NCBI GenBank assembly: GCA_033717875.1
Contig: JADDKJ010000002.1
Location: 67,280 to 131,279, forward strand
Direction: 5' to 3'
From: Gammaproteobacteria bacterium
Lineage (GTDB): Bacteria; Pseudomonadota; Gammaproteobacteria; Ga0077554; Ga007554
DNA length: 64,000 bases
The first letter of the stretch is position 1; each line of letters begins with the position of its first letter. Shown piece by piece: positions 54,718 to 63,798 of the stretch. A program made the position numbers and the translations under genes. The notes beneath the pieces are model-generated. The model was not told the DNA's origin and searched no databases. It was given only the letters and a program-made list of their open reading frames with translations.

Positions 54718-54753
54718 TTTTCTGATTCCTTTGTGATCGATTCAACCTAAAAA

Positions 54754-54865
54754 CCTCAGTTGGAGCCATAGCGAGAATGACTAAGGCGCTGAAGATGGGC
54801 GATTTTCTCGCCCAGATTCGGTACATTAGGCATTCGCGGTAGGCTCCAACTGAGGTTTTTAGGTT
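54754..54865. repeat. Perfect 24-bp inverted repeat (aacctaaaaacctcagttggagcc / ggctccaactgaggtttttaggtt) flanking a 64-bp spacer
   Basis: It is visible directly in the sequence and lies 37 bp upstream of the SARP-like regulator start codon. Confidence 0.8.
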
Positions 54866-55189
54866 CAACCTTGTTCGGGACAGAGACCACTCACCCGATT
54901 CTCTCGAACCAGGCGGACTTCATTGGCCACCGATCTTGAATAACGACATTGTCCCGCCCTTCAACAGAATCATAAAATAAGAAATTCAAGAGGGGAAAAG
55001 AAGGTAATATTGCACTTGGCGGAAGTGACTTATTGCCGGGCGGTATGGCTATGCATCACGATATCAATGGTAGCGTGCTCTGTGCGCACGCTACCATTGA
55101 CGCCTGTAGCCGAAGGTTTTTTTGAGGGGTTTTGGAAAAACGATCAGCTTGGCGAGTTACCAACCCGCCCTACATTTGATCCAAGAAAG

Positions 55190-57667
55190 TCAGCGGCGAA
55201 AGTTTGCGTCTGTTGCCCACGGCGACTCCAGAAGCCAGCGCTCGAATTCCTCGATGGGCATGGGACGACTGATGAAATAACCCTGGGCCACATCACAGTT
55301 CAGCCCCTCCAGCAAATCATAGGCGCTTTTGTCTTCAACGCCTTCCGCAACGACCCTGAGGCCGATATTGTGCGCCAGATCGATCGTGGAGCGAACGATC
55401 ACCGCGTCGCTCTCATCCACGGCCATGCCCATGACGAATGACTTGTCGATTTTCAGCTCATGGACAGGCAATTGCTTGAGATAGGCCAGCGAGGAATAAC
55501 CCGTACCGAAATCGTCGATGGACAACCCCACGCCCATCTCGCGCAAACCGCCAAGCACTGTCAGGGCGCGGGCCGGATCCGCCATCATGGCGGTTTCGGT
55601 GATTTCGAAACAGAGCCGGGACGACTGTGTGCGCATGTCCTGCAAAAGCGATGCAAGGACTTTGGGGAATTGGCTGTCCAGTAGATTGCGCGCCGACAGA
55701 TTAACGGCGATGGTCAGCGTCAAACCTGCATCGTGCCACTTCCGGCATTGTTCGACGGCTGCCCTCACCACCCACTCCGTGAGAGGATTGATCAAACCGA
55801 CTTGCTCCGCCAGGGGGATGAATCCATCGGGGAACATCAAGCCATAACGGGGATGACGCCATCTGACCAGCGCCTCGGCGCCGATCACCCGGCCGGTCGA
55901 CAGGGAAATCTTGGGCTGATAATAAAGAATGAGGTCATTGTGCTCGATAGCGGCGCGCAATTCTCCCATGAGAGAGAGATTGCGCAGGCTGTGCTGGTCC
56001 TTGGTCGGGTCGTAAATCGCATACCCCAGATTGCCGCGCTTGGCGACATACATCGCCACATCGGCGTGCCGCATCAGAGCGCCTTCGTCGCGGCCGTGAT
56101 CGGGGAACATCGCGATGCCAAAACTCGCCCCGACATGCAACGAATGCTCCTCGATAACAAACGGCTCCTCCAGAACGGCCGCGAGTTTCTGCGCAATGGC
56201 GATCGCCTGATCGAGCTCCACCGCCGGCAATACCATGGCGAACTCGTCCCCCCCCAGCCGTGCGATGGTATCCGACTCGCGCAGTGCGCCGCTCAGCCTC
56301 TGCGCCACCTGCTGCAAAATGAGATCGCCGTTCTGATGGCCGAGGGTATCGTTGATTTCCTTGAAGCGGTCAAGATCGGTCAGCACCAGGGCCAGTTGCG
56401 CTCCGTCGCGGCTGGCGCGCAGTATGGCCTGGCTGACCCGGTCCGAGAACAATGTGCGATTCGGCAAAGCAGTCAGCGCGTCGTGCAACGCTTGATACTC
56501 CAGCGCCGCCATCTGCTCTTTGCGTTCGGTGATATCACTGACAATGCCGATGAAGCGGCGCTGCCCGCCCAGCCGCATCTCGCTCACCGCGATGTCGATG
56601 GGGAACGTCGAACCATTCTTGCGTATGCCGATGACTTCACGCCGGGCGCCGATGATGCGCGCCTTGCCGGTATGCACGTAATTCTCGAGATATTCGTCGT
56701 GCATGCTCCGGTAAGGTTCGGGCATGAGCTTCTTGACGTTCTGGCCGACCAACTCGCTGGAAGCGTAACCGAACATCTTCTCGGCGGCCGGGTTAAGCGA
56801 TTCGATAACGCCATGCTCATCAATGGTGATGATGGTATCCACCACATTATCCATCACCGCCCGGATGCGGGTCTCGTAAGCCTGCAAATCATCCTGCATG
56901 CGGTTGAAAACATCCGCCACATCACCCAGCTCATCCTTGCGCAGCGCGAGCAGCCGGGCATTGCGGTCTCCCTGACCGGCCCGGACGATGGCGCTACGCA
57001 AGCTGCCGATCGGGCGCAGCACACTCATGCGCAGCGAGCTCCACAGCGCCACGCCAAGAAACATCACCAGCAGACTTCCGGCCCCCCAGAGGTAATAGCG
57101 CATTTCCCGGATGCGCGCCTCGCCGCTCTCGGTGGAAACCATCAGCTTCAAAACGCCGCGCAGGGGCTCATTTTCGTATCCATGACACGCCAGGCACTCG
57201 GTTTTCGCGGCTATCGGCGCCAGCACCGTCATTGCCTCGGCATCGCGAGCGATCACAAACTGACCCTGCAATGCTTTCTGAAAAATGTCTGGAGGGGGTG
57301 GGATGGGATCGCGGGGCAGCGTGGCCGCACGCTGGAAGCGCGGCACGTTCAGATAACGATTGACCTGCTCCACCGTGGCGAGATCGGTAAACGCCTCCCG
57401 GCCGTCGCGGCGCAATACCTCGATGTCAATGATACCGGCCGTCCCGTGCATGCGATCCAGCCACTCGCGGGCGAGGGTACCCTGGCCGTTCAGCATCAAT
57501 GTTTGCAGGCTGGCGAGCAAGGTCTTGGCGTGGGTTTGCGCCTGTTCTTTTTCCTCCTCGTAAATCGCCGCGGTCAATTGCCGTTGCAACCAGAGACCGG
57601 CGACGACCATCAGGCAAAGCAGCACGCCGGAAATAACCACCGCAAGACGAGTGCCGAGACTCCTCAT
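55190..57667 (-). CDS. Membrane sensor HAMP-PAS-GGDEF-EAL protein whose periplasmic domain carries a CXXCH heme-c motif
   Basis: TM1, then a periplasmic ~160 aa ending '...AKTECLACHGYE', TM2, HAMP, PAS 'IDEHGVIESLNPAAEKMFGY', GGDEF 'RLGGDEF', and EAL 'FEITETAMM...DDFGTGYSSLAYL'. Confidence 0.85.
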   Translation of the reverse strand: MRSLGTRLAVVISGVLLCLMVVAGLWLQRQLTAAIYEEEKEQAQTHAKTLLASLQTLMLNGQGTLAREWLDRMHGTAGIIDIEVLRRDGREAFTDLATVEQVNRYLNVPRFQRAATLPRDPIPPPPDIFQKALQGQFVIARDAEAMTVLAPIAAKTECLACHGYENEPLRGVLKLMVSTESGEARIREMRYYLWGAGSLLVMFLGVALWSSLRMSVLRPIGSLRSAIVRAGQGDRNARLLALRKDELGDVADVFNRMQDDLQAYETRIRAVMDNVVDTIITIDEHGVIESLNPAAEKMFGYASSELVGQNVKKLMPEPYRSMHDEYLENYVHTGKARIIGARREVIGIRKNGSTFPIDIAVSEMRLGGQRRFIGIVSDITERKEQMAALEYQALHDALTALPNRTLFSDRVSQAILRASRDGAQLALVLTDLDRFKEINDTLGHQNGDLILQQVAQRLSGALRESDTIARLGGDEFAMVLPAVELDQAIAIAQKLAAVLEEPFVIEEHSLHVGASFGIAMFPDHGRDEGALMRHADVAMYVAKRGNLGYAIYDPTKDQHSLRNLSLMGELRAAIEHNDLILYYQPKISLSTGRVIGAEALVRWRHPRYGLMFPDGFIPLAEQVGLINPLTEWVVRAAVEQCRKWHDAGLTLTIAVNLSARNLLDSQFPKVLASLLQDMRTQSSRLCFEITETAMMADPARALTVLGGLREMGVGLSIDDFGTGYSSLAYLKQLPVHELKIDKSFVMGMAVDESDAVIVRSTIDLAHNIGLRVVAEGVEDKSAYDLLEGLNCDVAQGYFISRPMPIEEFERWLLESPWATDANFRR

Positions 57668-57704
57668 GCCTGTATCCCGGCGCTCAGGTTATCCATGGCG
57701 GCTC

Positions 57705-58925
57705 TTACTTCATTTGTGCGGCGATATGGGCTACCCCGCCGAAGCTGCCTATCCACATGCTGCCATCGGCCGCATGCGCCATGGAAAATACGTTGTCCGC
57801 ATACAGGCCGTCGGCGGTGGTCATCACGGTGAAACTCTTGCCATCGTCATTGAGCCGCGCCAGGCCATGGTTGGTGCCCGCCCATAATTTGCCCTGCGGA
57901 TCCAGATACAGCATGAAGATGTGATTGGCCGGTAAACCATCCGCCGTGGTGAAATTACGCCATGTCTTGCCGTCGAAACGCGCCAGCCCCGCGCCCCAGG
58001 TGCCGCACCACACCACGCCCTGCCGATCGACCTTGAGCGAGATGATGTAGTTCGGATTGTAAGCCACGTTCACGTCCTGCAATCCTTGCTCGGCCTTCTG
58101 CTGTGCGTGATGCGAGGAAGATTTGGCGGGGTCGTTGGTGGACTGTATCGCGTCGCGTACCGCCTCGAAGGGTGCGCCCAGCCCTTCCTCGTGCTGCCAG
58201 TTCTGCCACTGACCGTCCTTGTAACGCGCCAAGCCATCCTCGGTGGCGAACCACATCTCGCCGTTCTTGCCTTCCTCGACACCATACACCCACGGGTTGG
58301 GCAGGCCGCCCTTGGTGTTTTCGACGGTAAAGGTTTCCCATTTCGTCGGGTCTGTCAGCAATCCACCCTTGACGCGGTTCGCGCCGGACCAGGTAGCGAT
58401 CCACGCATCGCCGTTGGATGCCTTGGTTACATCATAGACGAACTGATCGGCCAGACCGTCGGGAATATTGAGATTTCTCCATTTGTCGGCCTTGGGATCG
58501 TAGATCGACAACCCGCCGCCGTAGGTCCCGGCGAGAACCTGGTCACCCAGCTTGCTGACATGAAAAACGCCGTTGGAAAGCAGACCTTTGACCTTGTTAT
58601 CGAAGATGCGGAAATTGTCGGTGCTCGAATCGTAACGGATGACGCCGCCGGACGTGGCGATCCAGATGATGTTGCCATCGGCGTACATGCTTTTCACGTT
58701 GCGGTTGCCGACGCGAAAGTGGGTGAATTTGCCATTCCCGGCGATGGCGGGATGATTCGCCGGCGTCTGCGCCGCGACGGCGGTACTGACTCCGCCGGAA
58801 CCCGTCGCGGTTTCCGCCTTGCCGCCGGTCTGTTTCTGACCCAAGGCAAAGGCGCCCGCCACCAGGCCGCCACCCACCAGCGTCAGCACCGCCCATCCTT
58901 TGTAATCGAGTTTCACGTTAACCAC
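57705..58925 (-). CDS. Secreted beta-propeller protein with two-component-regulator-propeller (Reg_prop) repeats
   Basis: The signal peptide is followed by repeats such as 'WIATSGGVIRYD', 'AGTYGGGLSIYD', 'WIATWSGANRV', 'MWFATEDGLARY', 'VWCGTWGAGLARFD' and 'LWAGTNHGLARL'. Confidence 0.75.
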   Translation of the reverse strand: MVNVKLDYKGWAVLTLVGGGLVAGAFALGQKQTGGKAETATGSGGVSTAVAAQTPANHPAIAGNGKFTHFRVGNRNVKSMYADGNIIWIATSGGVIRYDSSTDNFRIFDNKVKGLLSNGVFHVSKLGDQVLAGTYGGGLSIYDPKADKWRNLNIPDGLADQFVYDVTKASNGDAWIATWSGANRVKGGLLTDPTKWETFTVENTKGGLPNPWVYGVEEGKNGEMWFATEDGLARYKDGQWQNWQHEEGLGAPFEAVRDAIQSTNDPAKSSSHHAQQKAEQGLQDVNVAYNPNYIISLKVDRQGVVWCGTWGAGLARFDGKTWRNFTTADGLPANHIFMLYLDPQGKLWAGTNHGLARLNDDGKSFTVMTTADGLYADNVFSMAHAADGSMWIGSFGGVAHIAAQMK

Positions 58926-60081
58926 CCGCCTTCGTTTGTTCCTTAGGGTATCCTATCCGCACCACCCCGCCTCTTGAGCCCGCCCATACTTCGCCATCCG
59001 GCGTCGCCGCCAGCGCATAGACGTTGTCATTTATCAGACCGTCCTTGCGGGTGTAAGTGCGCCAACTCTTGCCGTCATAGCGTGTCAAACCACGGTCGGT
59101 GCCAAACCAGAACACACCCTCCTTGTCCTGGGCGATGCTGAACACCACATTGCTCGCCAGGCCATCGCTTGTGGTGTAGCTGCTCCAGCGCGTACCGTCG
59201 AAGCGGCTCACGCCACCGCCCCAAGTGCCCGCCCATACCGTATTGTCACGGGCAATATGGATGCAAAAAACGTAATTCGGATTGTACGTCGGCTTGCCAT
59301 CCACCATCACCGTCAAGTCATGACGTGAACGCGTTCCCAGCCCGGTGTTGGGGCTCGCCGGCAAACCTTCGCTGTTCGGCGCACCCAAGCCGTCGTTATG
59401 CGTCCAGGTTGCCCACTTCTGGCCGTCGAACATCGCCACACCGCCCTCGGTACCGAACCATATCCGGTCCTGGGCATCGACACCGATGCCGTACACCCAC
59501 TCGTTGGGCAATTCCTTGACATAGGTCGTGAATTCGCCGCTGCGGGTATCGACGCGGTTGACACCATACCAGGTGCCTATCCACAACGTGCCGTCCTTCT
59601 GTTCGCCAAACGAGTACACCCAATAGTCCGCCAAGCCGTGCATGGGGAAAAACGTCTTCCATTTGCCGTCCTTGTAGCGCGATGCCCCGCCGCCGTTGGT
59701 GCCGAACCATTTGTGGCCCTTGCCGTCGACGAAGATGTCGAAGACATACTCGTTGGCCAGTCCTTCCTTGCGGGTAAAGGTATCGCGCACGTCGCGGCTG
59801 ACCAGATCAACCTCATGCACGCCGATCGATGTGCCTACCCAGATGCTGTTTTTCCCCGGCTCGACCGCCAGCGACCGCACATATATATCGTCACCGACAC
59901 CGAAAGTCTCCAGCACGCGCGGTTCGTTGGCGGCCGTTGTTTCTCTCAACAGATCTCTGGCCGCCGGCGACTGGGCGGCATTGGCCTGACCGGCCGACTT
60001 GGCAGACGCGGTTTCCTCCGCGTTCGAACAAGCCGAGACGGCCAGCACCGCGAACAGAACCGCACACAGAGGAAGGCGCAC
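58918..60081 (-). CDS. Second secreted Reg_prop beta-propeller protein (probable lipoprotein; start uncertain, possibly GTG at 60081)
   Basis: The signal/lipobox-like 'LCAVLFAVLAVSAC' is followed by repeats such as 'IWVGTSIGVHEVD', 'KWFGTNGGGASRY', 'LWIGTWYGVNRVD', 'IWFGTEGGVAMFD', 'VWAGTWGGGVSRFD' and 'FWFGTDRGLTRYD'. The upstream ATG at 60270 lies inside a structured inverted repeat. Confidence 0.7.
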   Translation of the reverse strand: MRLPLCAVLFAVLAVSACSNAEETASAKSAGQANAAQSPAARDLLRETTAANEPRVLETFGVGDDIYVRSLAVEPGKNSIWVGTSIGVHEVDLVSRDVRDTFTRKEGLANEYVFDIFVDGKGHKWFGTNGGGASRYKDGKWKTFFPMHGLADYWVYSFGEQKDGTLWIGTWYGVNRVDTRSGEFTTYVKELPNEWVYGIGVDAQDRIWFGTEGGVAMFDGQKWATWTHNDGLGAPNSEGLPASPNTGLGTRSRHDLTVMVDGKPTYNPNYVFCIHIARDNTVWAGTWGGGVSRFDGTRWSSYTTSDGLASNVVFSIAQDKEGVFWFGTDRGLTRYDGKSWRTYTRKDGLINDNVYALAATPDGEVWAGSRGGVVRIGYPKEQTKAGG

Positions 60082-60259
60082 CAAGAACGCCGGAAGTAAA
60101 GTCGCCTGGGCGAGCGAATTTCGCGCCGAGACAAGGAAGGCGGCGCGAAAAAATCCGAGGCGTATCCGCTGCGATACGTTGAGGATTTTTTCGCGTCGTC
60201 TGACGCCGTCGCAGGCCGAAAGGTGCCGTCCAGGCGACTTTACTTCCGGCGTTCTTGGT
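60080..60259. repeat. Perfect 30-bp inverted repeat (accaagaacgccggaagtaaagtcgcctgg, arms at 60080-60109 and 60230-60259) with nested inner palindromes
   Basis: The outer arms are exact reverse complements. Inside lie 'gcgaaaaaatcc / ggattttttcgc' and 'cgtatc / gatacg'. Confidence 0.8.
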
Positions 60260-60269
60260 ATACATCGCA

Positions 60270-60614
60270 TCAGCGGAATGTTCTCAGATAGGCGATGACA
60301 TCAAGGATTTCCTGATCGGTAAGCAACCCTTTGTAAGCAGGCATCACGCTGATGCCGTCACGGATACTGACTAGCAGCGCCGTATCCGGCTTGAACATCC
60401 GCTCGCGGCGCGCGAAATCGGGCGTACCGGGCATGGTGCTCACCCCGTCATCGCCGTGACAACTGGAACAATGCGTCGCATAGATCTTTCCGCCATTGCC
60501 CGGATCGGCAGCATGAACCGTGCCACTTGCCACCAGCAACAAACTGGCGCCAGCGAGGGCGCCGGCCAGTCTCCACATCGATGGAAGCACATTTGAAATA
60601 ACAAGATAGCGCAT
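60270..60614 (-). CDS. Monoheme class I cytochrome c (c551/c552-like)
   Basis: SD 'ggggagga' precedes the ATG. The signal peptide is followed by 'CSSCHG' heme-binding and a distal Met ('ISVMPAY'). Confidence 0.85.
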   Translation of the reverse strand: MRYLVISNVLPSMWRLAGALAGASLLLVASGTVHAADPGNGGKIYATHCSSCHGDDGVSTMPGTPDFARRERMFKPDTALLVSIRDGISVMPAYKGLLTDQEILDVIAYLRTFR

Positions 60615-60740
60615 CGCTAAATCCTCCCCGGTGACTGGTAAATGCGAATGACCTCCAATACTAACAGCCCACCATAGCACATGGAAGGCGGCAACTGGAC
60701 TGGCGGGCATTACATACCGACAAAAACCACGCGCAGGCCG

Positions 60741-61292
60741 TCAACCCGCGTAAACGGGAATGTCCTCCACCCGCACCGGCTTACCGTCAAAGGCGTCGCG
60801 CAACAGATCATGCATGGCCTGGCTCTCCCACTGGCGCGGACCGACCATCTGCCCGATCAGTGTGCCGTCGGGGGCGACAAGGATCGTGGTGGGGTAAACG
60901 CTGACGCCCAGCAGATCGCGGACGATTTTCAGGTCTTTGTCGATAAAGCGGGCGAAGGTGATGCCCTTGTCATTCAGGTATTCGCGCACCACATGCTCGT
61001 CTTCATCGACCGACAGGCCGATGACGGCAAAACGTTGCGGGTCGAGCGAGCGGCCCAGGCGCTCCAGATCGGGCATCTCACGCCGGCACGGCGGACACCA
61101 GGTCGCCCAGATGTTCAGCACGACCAGCTTGCCGCGAAACGATTCGGAAGGGATGGCGCCACCCTCCAGCGCCATGAAGGATACCGAGGGGAAGGGTTTG
61201 GCGGAATGCGTGGCGCCGGCGGCGTCAGGTTTTTTTTCACACCCCGCCGCGCCCAGCAACGACACCAGCAATAGGACAATCCATCTGACCAT
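60741..61292 (-). CDS. TlpA/ResA-like periplasmic thiol:disulfide oxidoreductase (lipoprotein)
   Basis: 'LLVSLLGAAGC' lipobox and thioredoxin motif 'WATWCPPCRREMP'. Confidence 0.8.
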   Translation of the reverse strand: MVRWIVLLLVSLLGAAGCEKKPDAAGATHSAKPFPSVSFMALEGGAIPSESFRGKLVVLNIWATWCPPCRREMPDLERLGRSLDPQRFAVIGLSVDEDEHVVREYLNDKGITFARFIDKDLKIVRDLLGVSVYPTTILVAPDGTLIGQMVGPRQWESQAMHDLLRDAFDGKPVRVEDIPVYAG

Positions 61293-61350
61293 GGGTAACC
61301 CGAGCGTAGGGTGCCGGGGACGACGCACCCTACAGTTTTTTAAGTGTACC

Positions 61351-62631
61351 TCAAGGCACCACCGAATCAATCACCACCTTCACCCCGCTGGCGCCGACCT
61401 TGACCGCCTGGCTGTCGCCCTGCAAGTCGCCGGGCTGCGGCATGGCGTTGCCGGACTTCGAGACGCGCGCGCTGACGATAACCTCGCTGGCATTCGACAG
61501 CTTCATGGTCGGCATCGCGGCCATCGAGTCATCCAGCGAAAACTGCAAGGGCAGGTCCTTAGCCTGGGCGCGCATGATCGCCAGCGGCATGCGCGGCCCC
61601 TGCGCGGCGCGGGCGAAGATGAATACCGTATCACCGGGTGCGATCTTGCCGGCCAGCGCCGGGGCCAGATTGACCACCCCGCCCACCGTCGCGCCGGCCA
61701 CCCCGGCGGCGGCTGGCGCGGCTTGGGCCGACGGCGGCCGGCCGGAGGCCAGTCCGCGCGCTTCTTCGATATTGGAGGCCATGGTATTGGCGACCTCGGA
61801 ACCCGGCGGCAGCAATTTCAGCAAACGCTCCCAATAACCGACCGCCGCCGTGAAGTTACCGGCCTCGAACTCCGCCGTACCGGCCAGCCAGAGCGCCTTC
61901 TGGTTGTTCGGATCGGCCTGTATCGCCCGCTTGATCAGTGCGACGGACCGCTCGTCCAGCCGCTCACCGTTGGCCATCGCCATCGAATCGGCGTAATCGG
62001 CCAGAAGCTGCGCGTCATTGGGCGCCAGCGCCGCCGCCCGGGAAAAGGCTTCGGTCGCTTCATCGTGGCGGGCCAGCGCATACAGCGAACGGCCCAACAC
62101 CGTCCAGCCCTCGGCATCCTGCGGATTCTGCTTCAGGCGCTCGATGAGGCGGCCGATCATCATCTCGATCTTGGCCGGATCGTCGGCATGCTGCTCCGCC
62201 GTGGCGGCGGCCTGCACCTTGGCCATCGCCTCGGGCGAGAGCACATCGGGATTGCCCAGTTTGAAATAAAGCAATACGGCGAAGACCGGCACAGCGATAC
62301 CGATCACCGCCGCCGTGATGCGCCCGATGCCGGATGCCCCCTGTTTCGCCGCCGAAGCAGGGGGAGAAGTGGCGGATTGCTCCGTCTCGACATCTTCAAG
62401 CAGGCGCTGTTCCAGCTCGCGGCGGCCCTGGGCGTACAGCTCGGGCTGCACCATGTCATTGCGCAGATCGGTTTCCAGTTCGACAAGCTGATCGCGATAA
62501 ATGGAGGTATTGATCGCCCGGCGCTCCGTCGCCTCTTTCTTTTCCTTGTCGCTGCGCTGCAATAGCGGGGGTAATACGAAAAGCAGGGCGGCGATGATGA
62601 AACACGCCGCCACAATCCAAAAAACTGTCAT
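61351..62631 (-). CDS. ccmI: Cytochrome c-type biogenesis protein CcmI (CycH), TPR-containing
   Basis: N-terminal TM 'VFWIVAACFIIAALLFVL', a second TM, then C-terminal TPR repeats. It lies downstream of ccmH and its start overlaps ccmH by 4 nt. Confidence 0.8.
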   Translation of the reverse strand: MTVFWIVAACFIIAALLFVLPPLLQRSDKEKKEATERRAINTSIYRDQLVELETDLRNDMVQPELYAQGRRELEQRLLEDVETEQSATSPPASAAKQGASGIGRITAAVIGIAVPVFAVLLYFKLGNPDVLSPEAMAKVQAAATAEQHADDPAKIEMMIGRLIERLKQNPQDAEGWTVLGRSLYALARHDEATEAFSRAAALAPNDAQLLADYADSMAMANGERLDERSVALIKRAIQADPNNQKALWLAGTAEFEAGNFTAAVGYWERLLKLLPPGSEVANTMASNIEEARGLASGRPPSAQAAPAAAGVAGATVGGVVNLAPALAGKIAPGDTVFIFARAAQGPRMPLAIMRAQAKDLPLQFSLDDSMAAMPTMKLSNASEVIVSARVSKSGNAMPQPGDLQGDSQAVKVGASGVKVVIDSVVP

Positions 62632-63257
62632 GCCTTGGTCTCTCCCGCCTCTTCATTCACTCCGCCATTCAATAGCGCCGCGGCGCGCTTGCGCTGCTCG
62701 TCCGTCAGCGCCGCATCGGCAATGCGCTTGCGGCGGCGCACCAGACTGACGAACAGTACGACCGCGCCGATCACGGCCAGGATCAGCGGGCCGAACCACA
62801 GCAACGCGGTGGTCGATTTGACGGGCGGACGGTAGCGCACGAAATCGCCATAGCGCGCCACCAGATAATCCACCACCTCGGCGTCGCTCTTGCCTTCCTT
62901 CATCAGATCGCGCACCTCGCGGCGCAGATCGGCGGCCAGCTCGGCATGGGAATCGGCCAGCGACTGGTTCTGGCACACCAGGCAGCGCAGCTCGGCGGAC
63001 AGCGCCATGACACGCTTTTCCAGCGCCGGATCGTCGAACATCGGCTGGGCCTCGTTGGCCGTCACCGCCAAGGATGCGAGGGCCAGCATCACAATGAGGA
63101 AAAAGCGCTTCAGGGCGCTTCTAAAAATTTGATCAAGGCGCGAGGGCAAGGCGGAAATGTGCGAAAAAGCGGAGTGTACACGCAGTACATGAGCATTTTG
63201 AGCACATTTCCAACGCGGCCATCGCGGCTTCAGCAGATTTTTAGAAACGCCCTTCAT
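62628..63257 (-). CDS. ccmH: Cytochrome c-type biogenesis protein CcmH (CycL); start taken at the ATG overlapping the ccmG stop (ATGA), which gives an unusual N-terminal extension
   Basis: 'LRCLVCQNQSLADSHAELAADLRREV...VDYLVARYGDFVRY' with the CXXC motif and a C-terminal TM. An alternative shorter start lies near 63110. Confidence 0.8.
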   Translation of the reverse strand: MKGVSKNLLKPRWPRWKCAQNAHVLRVHSAFSHISALPSRLDQIFRSALKRFFLIVMLALASLAVTANEAQPMFDDPALEKRVMALSAELRCLVCQNQSLADSHAELAADLRREVRDLMKEGKSDAEVVDYLVARYGDFVRYRPPVKSTTALLWFGPLILAVIGAVVLFVSLVRRRKRIADAALTDEQRKRAAALLNGGVNEEAGETKA

Positions 63258-63796
63258 GATTTTTCCAGCTCCTTTACCATAGGCAGAATCTTGTCCTGCA
63301 CCGCCTTCACCGTTACCGGCCCGATGTGCTTGTAGCGGATGACACCCTGACGGTCGATGACGAATGTTTCCGGCACACCGTACACGCCGAAGTCGATGCC
63401 CACCCGGCCGTCGTTGTCGAAGGCGCTCGTTACATAGGGATTGCCGAACTGCGCCAGCCAGTTCACGCCGTCCTCCCGTTTGTCCTTGTAATTGAGACCG
63501 TAGATCGGCACCGCGCCGGCACGCGACAGCTCCATCAGCACCGGATGCTCCTGGCGGCACGACACGCACCAGGACGCCCAGACATTGAGCAGCCACACCT
63601 TGCCGCGCAGATCGGCGGGGCCGATCTGCTGGTTGGGGTCGTGCAACTGGGTCAAGCGGAAATCCGGCGCGGCCTTGTTGATCAAGGGCGAAGGCAACGC
63701 CTCACGCTTGCCTTCCGGCTGATTCAGGGCGACCAGAAAAATCCCCGCCAGAGCGAGAAAACCGGCCAGCGGCAAAAGGAAACGCAAGCGCAACAT
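63254..63796 (-). CDS. ccmG: Thiol:disulfide interchange protein CcmG/DsbE
   Basis: 'WLLNVWASWCVSCRQEHP' thioredoxin motif, plus the 'GVYGVPETFVID' signature. Confidence 0.92.
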   Translation of the reverse strand: MLRLRFLLPLAGFLALAGIFLVALNQPEGKREALPSPLINKAAPDFRLTQLHDPNQQIGPADLRGKVWLLNVWASWCVSCRQEHPVLMELSRAGAVPIYGLNYKDKREDGVNWLAQFGNPYVTSAFDNDGRVGIDFGVYGVPETFVIDRQGVIRYKHIGPVTVKAVQDKILPMVKELEKS

Positions 63797-63798
63797 GT

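Noticed and set aside
60082-60270. ATG at 60270 as the start of the second propeller gene
   Set aside because: It would translate through the 180-bp nested inverted repeat. The signal peptide and lipobox begin right after the GTG at 60081.
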